In this document: piece after piece, positions 28,101-37,520 of the stretch
Layout of the letters: every line of letters begins with the position of its first letter
Numbering within the stretch: position 1 is the first letter of the stretch
NCBI GenBank assembly: GCA_944324085.1
Contig: CALUUX010000036.1
Span: 32,779-96,778, forward strand
DNA from: an uncultured Mailhella sp.
GTDB lineage: Bacteria; Desulfobacterota; Desulfovibrionia; Desulfovibrionales; Desulfovibrionaceae
DNA length: 64,000 bases
Direction: 5' to 3'
Position numbers and translations under genes: made by a program
Notes under the pieces: generated by a model
Database searches by the model: none
The model's input: only the letters and a program-made list of their open reading frames with translations
What the model was told of the DNA's origin: nothing

Positions 28101-29063
28101 ATGGAGCTAAACTGGGAACTTTGCCGCATATTTTATCAAGTGGCGCGGTGTCGCAATTTCAGCCGGGCGGCGAGCATGCTTTTTACTAGTCAGCCCGCCG
28201 TGTCGCGGGCTATGGCCGCGCTGGAGCGGGAACTGGGATGCCGTCTTTTTATCCGCAATCGACGGGGCGTGGAGCTGACGCCGGAAGGGAAGCTGTTTTA
28301 CGCCCATGTGGAGGCCGGTTGCGAGCAATTCCGTCGCGGTCGGGAGGAAATAGCGCAGGCGGTGGGGCTTCAGTCGGGCAGCGTGGCCATAGGGGCGAGC
28401 GAGACCGCGCTGCGCGTTTGGGCGATGTCCAGACTTGATCGTTTTCACGCTCGCTATCCCGGCGTGACCTTGCGTTTGTACGGAGGAACGTCTCGACAGG
28501 CCATGGAAGAGCTGAAGTCCGGGGCCATAGATTTTGCGGTGGCGGCGATGTACGGCGGAGGTTTTCGGTATTTAAAGGAAACCAGGCTGCGGTCGTTTCG
28601 CGATGTGTTTGTGGCTTCGCGGTCGTTTTCTTTTCTTAAAGGAAGACGCGTGACGCTGGAGGAGCTGATGAGGCATCCTCTCATCTGCCACAAGAGGGGC
28701 ACGCTGACTTTCGAATTTCTGGAGGGACTGTGCAAGGCTCGCGGCCTTGAGCTTGAGCCCGCCATGGAGCCGGAAACGTCGGATCTGGTGCTGGAACTGG
28801 CTCGACATGGGTTCGGGGTTGGTTTTTTGCCGGAGCAGGCGGCCGAAAAGGCGTTGCGGGAAGGGGACGTGTTTGTCGTTCAGGTGGCGGAGGAGCTGCC
28901 GTCCAGAAGCATCAGTCTTCTGGAATATGAAGGGCACACGCTGAGTCTTGCGGCGCGGCGGCTTCGGGACATGCTGACGGAAGGCGCGGAGTCCGAAGTC
29001 TCGGGCGGCGAGGAAAAAAAAGGACTGCCTGGGACGGCTGGGAGTCAGCGACGCGACTCCTGA
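28101..29063 (+). CDS. LysR family transcriptional regulator
   Basis: NFSRAASMLFTSQPAVSRAMAALERELGCRLFIRNRRGVELTPEG HTH motif. Confidence 0.95.
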   Translation: MELNWELCRIFYQVARCRNFSRAASMLFTSQPAVSRAMAALERELGCRLFIRNRRGVELTPEGKLFYAHVEAGCEQFRRGREEIAQAVGLQSGSVAIGASETALRVWAMSRLDRFHARYPGVTLRLYGGTSRQAMEELKSGAIDFAVAAMYGGGFRYLKETRLRSFRDVFVASRSFSFLKGRRVTLEELMRHPLICHKRGTLTFEFLEGLCKARGLELEPAMEPETSDLVLELARHGFGVGFLPEQAAEKALREGDVFVVQVAEELPSRSISLLEYEGHTLSLAARRLRDMLTEGAESEVSGGEEKKGLPGTAGSQRRDS

Positions 29064-29923
29064 CGTCGCACGACGCCGAGAACGTTGGGCAGGGGAATGG
29101 CGTCTCCGCGGGAGGAAAACATATACGAGGCCGGTGACATGCCGTTCCATAGATGGAATTCTCCCGGCAGGCTGAGCAGAAGCGATGCTTCGCTGCCGCC
29201 CTCGACGTACATGGCGCTGTTCAGATTGAGATCCTTGTGCGCGTTGAGGGCTTCCACGAAGTCGTGAACGGAGGCGGGATCGGAGCAGTGCAGGAAAAGA
29301 ATGCGGCCGTTCATGTCTTCGGCAATGGCGGCAATGGCGTGTTCCGGGCCGCGTTCCGGCCAGATCTGCAGGCCGTCAGGCCCCATGAGGCGGAAGTTCT
29401 GCACGACGATGTCGTACTTGGGAAGCAGGTTTTGCCAGTCGTCCACGCTGCGGTCGAGCACGGCGGCCCGGGGCAAACCGGATTCTCTCGGACCGGCGAC
29501 GAAGAACGCGCCGTATCGGCTCACGATGCGGCCGTTGTTGGTGCGTTCGCCGCTTCTCATGTAGCCGGTGGAGGTTTGTCCGTCCTTGAGATACATGCTG
29601 GCGTTGATGGCGGCCGTAAGCGTTTTGCTGGCGGCCCATTCGCGCATGGTGGGCACGCTTTGCCCTTCCCAGCGCGAACTGAACAGGCAAAAATCGTATT
29701 GTTCCGTGTCGAAGCGCAGAACGCGGATGACGAGGCGTCGCGAAAATTCCCCTTCCTTGTTTTCCGAATAGGCCAGTTTCGCCATGTCCAGGCCTTTTTC
29801 CGGACTGCGCCAGAGAATTTCTTCCCCCGCGGGCGTGAGCGCGGGTTCGGAGTCTTCCGCGCGCAGCATGGCCGGAAGCGTCAGCAGAAGCAGCGCGATG
29901 GCTATGGAACGAAGGGTGTTCAT
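29045..29923 (-). CDS. Phosphodiester glycosidase (NAGPA-like) family exported protein
   Basis: Signal peptide; AAINASMY and AMYVEGGSEASL motifs. Confidence 0.75.
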   Translation of the reverse strand: MNTLRSIAIALLLLTLPAMLRAEDSEPALTPAGEEILWRSPEKGLDMAKLAYSENKEGEFSRRLVIRVLRFDTEQYDFCLFSSRWEGQSVPTMREWAASKTLTAAINASMYLKDGQTSTGYMRSGERTNNGRIVSRYGAFFVAGPRESGLPRAAVLDRSVDDWQNLLPKYDIVVQNFRLMGPDGLQIWPERGPEHAIAAIAEDMNGRILFLHCSDPASVHDFVEALNAHKDLNLNSAMYVEGGSEASLLLSLPGEFHLWNGMSPASYMFSSRGDAIPLPNVLGVVRRQESRR

Positions 29924-30199
29924 GCCCTCTTTGTATGCCGGTCGCCGAGGATGGGCAAGGAAAAACATGACGCGGGCTTCGGGACGGACTGGTTTCGGAA
30001 TTTATTCCTGAGGCATGCCCGCTGCCCCGACCGTCGTCGGAGGAGACTTGACGGCGGGGCGTATTTGTCCTACGCCCATATTTTTACGGCGCCGGAAAGC
30101 GAGTCTTTTGTCGTGGCCTTTTCAGGAGCGCGCGGCGCGGCCGACCGTATTTTTTCATACATGAGAGGGCAGAACCTCTGCCGGATAATGGAGTGTCTT

Positions 30200-31780
30200 T
30201 TGGAAGCACAGAAGAAAGCCCGCAAGCCCATCAAGCTTGCCACGAAGTCGGAACATGCGGCGTATTTCATGCCCATGCTGGAAAATTTCGCCGAGCACGG
30301 CGAGCTGAACGAAGTTGTGAAGAACTGCGTGGGCAAAGCCTGCGATCTTCTGGATGCGGGTATTCCGCTGTACCCCAACGATTTCAAGCGAAAGCAGAAC
30401 GCGGGCGAAGTGTGTGAAAAGTACGGCTCCATGAGCGACGAGGAGCTTGCCGTTCTGGATGAGGAGTTTGCCGTTGCCGGGCGCATGATGTCTTCGCGTT
30501 CCTTCGGCAAGGTCATATTCTTCCATGTCATGGACCGCAGCGGCCGCATCCAGTGCTACGCCGAAAAGAGCGTGCTCGGCGACGAGGCGTTTTCCGCGTT
30601 CAAGAAGCTCGACGTGGGCGACATTGTGGGCGTGACGGGTCACCTGTTCCGCACGAAGACCGGGGAACTTACGCTGCGCTGCACGAGCGTGCGGCTTCTC
30701 AGCAAGTCTTTCCGCGCGCTGCCCGACAAGCACAGCGGCCTCACCGACGTGGAATCCCGCTACCGTCAGCGTTATGTCGATCTTGTGATGAATCCGCGGG
30801 CGAGGGAGATTTTCCGCAAGCGTTCTCAGATTGTGCGGGAATTTCGTCGTTTTATGGAACAGCGAGGCTTCATGGAAGTGGAAACGCCCATGCTGCATGC
30901 CCTGGCGGGCGGAGCCGCGGCCAAGCCTTTCGTCACGCATCACAACGCGCTGGACATTGATCTGTACCTGCGCATCGCTCCAGAATTGTATCTGAAACGT
31001 CTCATCGTGGGCGGCATGGAGCGCGTGTTTGAAATCAACCGCTGCTTCCGCAATGAAGGCATCGACACCCGTCACAATCCTGAATTCACGTCCTGCGAGT
31101 TCTACTGGTCCTATGCCACGTTTGAGGACCTCATGGACCTCACCGAAGAGCTCTTTGCGCACATCGCCCGCGAGGTGTGCGGCAGCACGGTGATCACTTA
31201 TCAGGGCCAGGAAGTGGATCTCACTCCTGGCCACTGGAAGCGCATGACCTATCATCAGGCTCTTGAGGAAGTGGGCGGCCACAAGCCCGAATTTTACAAC
31301 GACATGGAAGCCGTGCGCGCCTACCTGCGTTCGCGCGGGGAAAAGTACATGGAAAGCGAGGGGATAGGCAAGCTTCAGTCGCGTCTCTTTGACCTTGACG
31401 TGGAAGATAAGCTCGTGCAGCCCACGTTCATCTACGCCTATCCCGCGGAAATTTCTCCGCTGGCGCGTCGCAACGACAAGAATCCCGACATCACGGACCG
31501 CTTTGAATTCTTCATCTGCGGTTGCGAGTACGGCAACGCCTTCTCCGAGCTCAACGATCCCGTGGATCAGCGTTTGCGCTTCGAGGCCCAGGTGGAAGCC
31601 AAGGCCGCCGGCGACGACGAGGCCTGCCCGCTCGACAACGACTATCTGCGCGCGCTTGAATACGGCATGCCTCCCACTGCGGGCGAAGGCGTGGGCATCG
31701 ACCGCCTTACCATGCTGCTCACCGACGAATCCACCATCCGCGAGGTACTGCTGTTCCCGCTGCTCCGGCCCGAGCTGTAG
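30200..31780 (+). CDS. lysS: Lysyl-tRNA synthetase, class II
   Basis: OB-fold (LDVGDIVGVTG), GGAAAKPFVTHHNAL, YLRIAPELYLKRLIVGG, FRNEGIDTRHNPEFT, GIDRL. The start is probably TTG 30200 (GGAG SD) or ATG 30188. Confidence 0.97.
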   Translation: MEAQKKARKPIKLATKSEHAAYFMPMLENFAEHGELNEVVKNCVGKACDLLDAGIPLYPNDFKRKQNAGEVCEKYGSMSDEELAVLDEEFAVAGRMMSSRSFGKVIFFHVMDRSGRIQCYAEKSVLGDEAFSAFKKLDVGDIVGVTGHLFRTKTGELTLRCTSVRLLSKSFRALPDKHSGLTDVESRYRQRYVDLVMNPRAREIFRKRSQIVREFRRFMEQRGFMEVETPMLHALAGGAAAKPFVTHHNALDIDLYLRIAPELYLKRLIVGGMERVFEINRCFRNEGIDTRHNPEFTSCEFYWSYATFEDLMDLTEELFAHIAREVCGSTVITYQGQEVDLTPGHWKRMTYHQALEEVGGHKPEFYNDMEAVRAYLRSRGEKYMESEGIGKLQSRLFDLDVEDKLVQPTFIYAYPAEISPLARRNDKNPDITDRFEFFICGCEYGNAFSELNDPVDQRLRFEAQVEAKAAGDDEACPLDNDYLRALEYGMPPTAGEGVGIDRLTMLLTDESTIREVLLFPLLRPEL

Positions 31781-31837
31781 TCTTTCGGGAACAACGCTCC
31801 GGCGTTTTTGGCCGGAGCTTCCATGAAAGGGGAAATT

Positions 31838-33082
31838 ATGTCGTATTCGCTGTTCATTGCTTCGCGTTATCTCACCTCGCGGAACAAGCGCACGTTCATT
31901 TCCATCATTTCGTTCATGTCAGTGCTGGGCGTGGCCATAGGCGTGGCCGCGCTCGTCATCGTCATGAGCGTGTATAACGGCGTCACCGAAGAGATGCGCG
32001 AGAAAATACTCGGCGCCAATCCGCATATCATGGTCATGGCCACGCAGGCCGGTGCCTTCGGTCCTTCGGCCGCCAAGGGCGAGGGCGAGGTGATCGAACG
32101 CATACGCGAAACGCCGGGCGTGGTGTCCGCCACGCCTTTTCTGTACGCCGAAGTGTTGCTTTCCACGCCGCAGGGAGCCACGGGCCTGGTCGTGCGCGGC
32201 ATTGATCCAGCTTCCGCGGGCGAAGCCATGCCGCTGCTCCATCATCTGGAAAGCGGGAGCGTGGACAACCTTTCCCGAGAAAGCGGCCCCGCGGGCATGC
32301 TTGTGGGGCACGATCTGGCTCGACGCTTCAATTTGCGCGTGGGCAGCCGCGTGAATCTCATGTCGCCGGCGGGGCAGCGCACCACGGCGGGCTTTGTACC
32401 CAAGCTGCGTTCTTTTCGCGTGGAAGGCGTGTTCAAGTCCGGCATGTCCGATTTCGACAGTCGTCTCGCGTACGTTCCGCTGGCGGCCGCGCAGGATCTC
32501 ATGGGCTATCCCGACGGTCATGTGTCCGGCGTGGAAGCCTTTGTCAAAAATCCCTACGACGCGCGGGAAATCGCCGCAGACATGGCGCAGAGACTCGGTC
32601 CGCCTTTCTACGCCCGCAACTGGATAGACATGAACGCCAATCTTTTTGCCGCGCTTCAGCTGGAACGCTTCGGCATGTTTATTGTGCTGCTCATGGTCAT
32701 TCTGGTGGGATCTTTTTCCATTATTACGTCGCTCGTGATGTTGGTGATGGAAAAAACTAAGGATATCGCCATATTGATGTCTATGGGGGCCACCGCTGCG
32801 GGGATCCGGCGCATTTTTATGCTGCAAGGAGCCATCATCGGAGTGGTTGGCACGTCCATAGGTTATGTGCTAGGAATCGTGCTGGCGCTGCTCCTCAAGA
32901 AGTACCAGTTCATCGAATTGCCTCCGGGCGTGTACATGATGGACACGTTGCCGGTCATCATTGATCCGCTGGATCTTCTCATCATCGGAGTTGTCTCCAT
33001 GCTGATGTGTTTTGTGGCCACCATCTATCCCGCCAGACAGGCGGCGCGTCTTGTGCCGGCCGAGGCTCTTCGCTATGAATAA
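31838..33082 (+). CDS. lolE: Lipoprotein-releasing ABC transporter permease LolC/LolE
   Basis: ISIISFMSVLGVAIGVAALVIVMSVYNG, MEKTKDIAILMSMGA, IYPARQAA. Confidence 0.9.
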   Translation: MSYSLFIASRYLTSRNKRTFISIISFMSVLGVAIGVAALVIVMSVYNGVTEEMREKILGANPHIMVMATQAGAFGPSAAKGEGEVIERIRETPGVVSATPFLYAEVLLSTPQGATGLVVRGIDPASAGEAMPLLHHLESGSVDNLSRESGPAGMLVGHDLARRFNLRVGSRVNLMSPAGQRTTAGFVPKLRSFRVEGVFKSGMSDFDSRLAYVPLAAAQDLMGYPDGHVSGVEAFVKNPYDAREIAADMAQRLGPPFYARNWIDMNANLFAALQLERFGMFIVLLMVILVGSFSIITSLVMLVMEKTKDIAILMSMGATAAGIRRIFMLQGAIIGVVGTSIGYVLGIVLALLLKKYQFIELPPGVYMMDTLPVIIDPLDLLIIGVVSMLMCFVATIYPARQAARLVPAEALRYE

Positions 33083-33797
33083 CGAGATGGACGTTCCTTT
33101 CGACCATGCGGTTCAACCGCTCTATGAAGTGCGGCACGCGCGCAAGACCGTGGAAAGTCCGGCCGGCGAGCTGACCATTCTGAAGGATGTCTGCTTCGAC
33201 GTGAAGGCCGGCGAGGCTCTGGCTATCGTGGGTTCTTCCGGTTCCGGCAAGTCGACGCTGCTGCACATTCTCGGCACGCTCGATCGCGCCACGGGAGGGA
33301 GCGTTCTCTTCGAAGGGCGTGATCTTTCTTCCTTGTCAGCGCAGGAAGCGGCGCATTTTCGCAATCGCGAGTTGGGATTCGTGTTTCAGTTCCATCATCT
33401 GCTGCCGGAGTTCACCACGGTGGAAAATGTGGCCATGCAGGCCGTCATCGCGGGAATGCCGCGTCGCGAGGCTCTGGAACGGGCCGCCGAAGCTCTGGAA
33501 CGGGTGGGGCTTGCCGAAAGGCTGCATCATCATGTGTCCACGCTTTCCGGGGGCGAGAGGCAGCGCGCGGCCATAGCTCGCGCCACGCTGCTTTGTCCCA
33601 AGGTGCTGCTGGCCGATGAACCCACCGGCAATCTGGATGAAAAGACGGGCGCGCGCGTCGCGGAAGTGCTCAGGCAGTTGAACCGCGATACGGGTATGAC
33701 CCTTGTCATAGTGACGCATAACCGGGAACTTGCGGCCGATATGGACCGCAGCCTTGAATTGAGATCGGGAGAGCTCTATGCGCAAGATTCTTTCTAG
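33075..33797 (+). CDS. lolD: Lipoprotein-releasing ABC transporter ATPase
   Basis: GSSGSGKSTLL, FVFQFHHLLPEFT, LSGGERQRAAIARA, LADEPTGNLD. Confidence 0.92.
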   Translation: MNNEMDVPFDHAVQPLYEVRHARKTVESPAGELTILKDVCFDVKAGEALAIVGSSGSGKSTLLHILGTLDRATGGSVLFEGRDLSSLSAQEAAHFRNRELGFVFQFHHLLPEFTTVENVAMQAVIAGMPRREALERAAEALERVGLAERLHHHVSTLSGGERQRAAIARATLLCPKVLLADEPTGNLDEKTGARVAEVLRQLNRDTGMTLVIVTHNRELAADMDRSLELRSGELYAQDSF

Positions 33798-36465
33798 TCT
33801 GGCCTGCCTTGCGGCCTGCCTCCTCGTATGGACGGCGGCGGCACGCGCGGCCGAACCCCGTGTGCTGGTGCTGCCTTTCGCCGTCAACGCTCCGACGGCG
33901 CAGGCGCAGCTTGCCAGGGATATTCCCACGCAGGTGCGGAAAGGGCTTCAGAATCACGGGATAACGGCCATACCCACGTCGGCTTCCGGAAAAAGCCCGG
34001 CTTCGGACGTCGGCAGCGCAAGAGCGCGAGCCCGTTCCGCTCGCGCCGGATACGCCGTGTTCGGCAGTCTGAATCAGCTTGGCGAGGGGTTCAGTCTGGA
34101 CATGCAGATGGTGTCCGCCTCGTCGGGCGGCTCGCGCGCCTATCATATGGAAGGGAAGAATCTGCTGGAACTTCAGCCCGTGATCAACAGTCTTGTCGGA
34201 CAGATGGTCATGGACATGGAAACGGTTTCTCCCGTGCGCACGGAGGCCAGAGCGTCGCGGGGCGGCATTGCCGACATTCAGGTGCGCGGTCTCAAGTTCA
34301 TTGATAAGGACAGAGTGCTTGTGAGAGTGGGTTCCCGCACGGGAGACGCGCTTGACGAGGACAGGGTGGACGAGGACGTCCGCAATATTTGGGATCTCGG
34401 TTATTTTGACGACGTGCGGGCCGACGTGGAAAGCGGTTCGACGGGTCCCGTGCTGGTGTTCACGGTGTCGGAAAAACCCCGCATCAGCGAAGTGCGCGTG
34501 GAAGGTTCCGAAGCCGTGAAAATTGACGACATCACGGAAGCCATGTCCACGCATACCGATTCCGTGCTCAATGAGAAGGTGCTGGCTGAAGACCTTCAGA
34601 AGGTGACGGATCTCTATCACAAGCAGGGATTCTATCTGGCTCAGGTGACCTACGAAGTGCAGTCCCGGGCTGACGGCGCGGCCGCCGTGCTTGTGCTGCA
34701 CGTCAAGGAAGGCAGCAAGCTTTACATCAAGGAAGTGGCCATCGAGGGCCTCAAGGAAATTTCTCCCGACGACGTCAAGGATTATCTTTCCCTCAAGGAA
34801 AGGGGCATGTTCTCGTGGTTCACGGGATCGGGCGTGCTCAAGGACGATCTGCTGGAGCGCGATTCGCAGGCCATCCGGGCCTACTTCATGAAGAACGGCT
34901 ATGTGGACGGTCAGGTGGCCGCGCCCGAAGTGCAGTATGAAGAGGACGGCATCCGCGTGGTGTTCCGCGTGCGCGAGGGAACGCATTACAAGGTCGGCAA
35001 CGTCATGCTTCAGGGAGATCTTATCGACACGGAAGAGCGCATCCGCGAGCAGATCTCCATGGATGATCGTCAGGCGGCCGGCGACTACTTCGACGTGGAA
35101 GTGCTTCAGAACGACATCAAGGCACTGACCGATTTCTACAGCGATTACGGTTACGCGTTTGCCGATATCAACGTGAACCCCCACCCTCGTCCTGAAGATG
35201 GGGTGGTGGACGTGACGTACACCATCAAGCCCGGCGAACGTCAGTACATTCGTCGCGTGGAGGTGGAGGGCAACAACCGTACCCGCGATAACGTGATTTT
35301 GCGTGAAATGCGTCTTGCTGACGGTCAGCAGTTCAGCGGCGCCAAGATGCGCCGTTCCGCCCAGCGTCTGGAAAAAACGCAGTATTTCAGCGAGGTCAAT
35401 CCCACCGTGGTGCCGACCGGCGTTCCCGGGGAAGTGGATCTGAAAATGGGCGTCAAGGAAACCGAGACCGGCGTGGTGAGCGTGGGCTTTGGTTATTCTT
35501 CCTACGACAAGTTCGGCATCATGGCGTCCATCACCGAAAACAACCTGTTCGGCCGCGGATATTCGCTCGGATTGTCCGGCTACACGGCTTCCCGCGAACA
35601 GTATCTGGAAGCCTCGTTTGTGAACCCTCGTCTGTTTGACACCTACTGGGGCTTCTCCATCAGTCCGTATACCATTGAAGAGGAATGGTCGTATTTCGAC
35701 AAGCGGTCCACCGGTGTGCGGCTGGGCTTGTTCCATCCCATCGGCGAGTATACCAACGTAAACTTCGGGTATAAGTTCGAACGCTACAACCTCTATAATA
35801 TGTCCGACAATGCGTCGCGCATCATTCGCGCCTACAAGGGCAGACATTGGGCGAGCACGGTGTCCATGGGCGTCACCCGCGACACCACGAACCGCGCCAG
35901 CTTCCCCACGGAAGGCACGCGCGTGTCGTTCAACGTGCAGTACGGCGGCCCCTGGACCGGCAGTGACGACAGCTTCTGGAAACCGGTGCTGGAAGCGGGC
36001 TTCTACTACGGCCTCAACGACACCAACATTCTGCATGTGCGCGGTCGCGTGGGCGCGGTCTACAAGGCCGACGGCGACAAGACCATCCCCGTGTTCGAAC
36101 GCTTCTGGATAGGCGGCATCCGCAGCATTCGCGGCTATTCCTATGACGATATCTCCCCGCGCGACACGGTGACCGGCGAAACCATCGGTTCCGACCGCAT
36201 GGGGTACGCCAACTTTGAATATATCTGGGTGGTCAAGCCCGATATCGGTCTGGCCTTTGTGCCTTTCTATGATATCGGTTTCAACTCGGACAGCGAACAG
36301 TCCGGCATGTTCGACAAGATATACTCGTCTGCCGGTCTGGAAGTGCGCTGGCGTTCGCCCATGGGCGATCTGCGTTTTGCCTATGGCTATCCGCTGTCGG
36401 AAAACGCGGACGGCACCAGACGTCACAGCGGTCGCTTCGAGTTCTCCATGGGACAGGCGTTCTAG
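33778..36465 (+). CDS. bamA: Outer membrane protein assembly factor BamA
   Basis: POTRA repeats (VEGNNRTRDNVILREM), barrel with IRGY and C-terminal FEFSMGQAF; extra N-terminal domain. Confidence 0.95.
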   Translation: MRKILSSLACLAACLLVWTAAARAAEPRVLVLPFAVNAPTAQAQLARDIPTQVRKGLQNHGITAIPTSASGKSPASDVGSARARARSARAGYAVFGSLNQLGEGFSLDMQMVSASSGGSRAYHMEGKNLLELQPVINSLVGQMVMDMETVSPVRTEARASRGGIADIQVRGLKFIDKDRVLVRVGSRTGDALDEDRVDEDVRNIWDLGYFDDVRADVESGSTGPVLVFTVSEKPRISEVRVEGSEAVKIDDITEAMSTHTDSVLNEKVLAEDLQKVTDLYHKQGFYLAQVTYEVQSRADGAAAVLVLHVKEGSKLYIKEVAIEGLKEISPDDVKDYLSLKERGMFSWFTGSGVLKDDLLERDSQAIRAYFMKNGYVDGQVAAPEVQYEEDGIRVVFRVREGTHYKVGNVMLQGDLIDTEERIREQISMDDRQAAGDYFDVEVLQNDIKALTDFYSDYGYAFADINVNPHPRPEDGVVDVTYTIKPGERQYIRRVEVEGNNRTRDNVILREMRLADGQQFSGAKMRRSAQRLEKTQYFSEVNPTVVPTGVPGEVDLKMGVKETETGVVSVGFGYSSYDKFGIMASITENNLFGRGYSLGLSGYTASREQYLEASFVNPRLFDTYWGFSISPYTIEEEWSYFDKRSTGVRLGLFHPIGEYTNVNFGYKFERYNLYNMSDNASRIIRAYKGRHWASTVSMGVTRDTTNRASFPTEGTRVSFNVQYGGPWTGSDDSFWKPVLEAGFYYGLNDTNILHVRGRVGAVYKADGDKTIPVFERFWIGGIRSIRGYSYDDISPRDTVTGETIGSDRMGYANFEYIWVVKPDIGLAFVPFYDIGFNSDSEQSGMFDKIYSSAGLEVRWRSPMGDLRFAYGYPLSENADGTRRHSGRFEFSMGQAF

Positions 36466-36603
36466 CGCGATGGCGCGGAGGCGGTCAAAGAGGACCGTTT
36501 CCGCGCCGGAGTCTGCCGCGCGTCGGACGTTGTCGTTCCCCGACGTGATGTTTCGTGAGAGCGGCCGTTTTGGCCGCCGTGGCGGAAAGGCGCGTGAACT
36601 TAC

Positions 36604-36636
36604 AAGGGGGAAGGTTCAAGCCTTCTCCCTTTTTTT
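36604..36636 (+). terminator. Terminator after bamA
   Basis: aagggggaaggt/gccttctccctt stem followed by a T-run. Confidence 0.7.
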
Positions 36637-36760
36637 ATTTGTCTCCAGAGCGAAAGGAACGCTCCGAAACGCGGAGACTCGTTCTGAGGCGGAAAGAAAA
36701 GCCGGGCGTTCCGGGGGCAGGATAAGCGGCGGCGCGGCGTCTCCGCGTCACGGATGAAGC

Positions 36761-37414
36761 ATGAAAACATACGACACCATTATTTTCGACTTGGACGGCA
36801 CGCTGCTTGACACGCTGGAGGATCTTACCGCCAGCGTCAATCATGCCCTGGATCAGGTTTCCTTTCCCCGACGCACCCTGGATGAGGTCAGAACCTTTGT
36901 GGGCAACGGCGTGCGCGTGCTCATGCGTCGAGCTTTGCCCGGAGGGGAGGAGAATCCGAAATTTGAAGAAGCGTTTGCCGCCTTTCGCGAACATTACGCC
37001 GCGCATTGTCGTGATCGAACCCGTCCGTATCCTGGGATTATGGATCTCGCGAGAGAGCTGAAGGCGAGAGGGCTGCGTCTGGGCATCGTGTCCAACAAGT
37101 CCGACAGGGAAGTGAAGGAGCTTAATCGCGCGTGTTTCAGCGGTTTGTTTTCCGCGGCTCTCGGCGAACGGGAAGGCGTGAGGCGCAAACCCGAACCGGA
37201 CGGCTTGCTGGAGGCCGTGAAGGAACTGGGATCCACGCCGGAACGGTCGCTCTATGTGGGGGATTCGGAGGTCGATCTGCGCACCGCGGTCAACGCGGGA
37301 ATAGACTGCGTGTCCGTGACATGGGGATTCCGTTCAGAAACGCAGCTTCGGGAAGCTGGAGCCAAACGTTTTATCCGTTCGCCTATGGAATTGCTCACTG
37401 TCTTGCAGGGATAG
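36761..37414 (+). CDS. HAD hydrolase, phosphoglycolate phosphatase-like
   Basis: IFDLDGTLLDT, VSNK, KPEP, YVGDSEVD. Confidence 0.9.
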   Translation: MKTYDTIIFDLDGTLLDTLEDLTASVNHALDQVSFPRRTLDEVRTFVGNGVRVLMRRALPGGEENPKFEEAFAAFREHYAAHCRDRTRPYPGIMDLARELKARGLRLGIVSNKSDREVKELNRACFSGLFSAALGEREGVRRKPEPDGLLEAVKELGSTPERSLYVGDSEVDLRTAVNAGIDCVSVTWGFRSETQLREAGAKRFIRSPMELLTVLQG

Positions 37415-37520
37415 TGTCGGCGCGGCGTTCTGATAATGCGCGCCGGAGAGCCTGCGACGACGTTTTCTTCTCCTGCGAAACGGACACCGCAGCCGTTGAC
37501 TTGTCGGAATCGCGTGACGT

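Noticed and set aside
29153-30199. Apparent 875-aa lysS with a long N-terminal extension
   Set aside because: The extension is the antisense shadow of the phosphodiester glycosidase gene; an SD and TTG start at 30200 give a normal-sized LysS.
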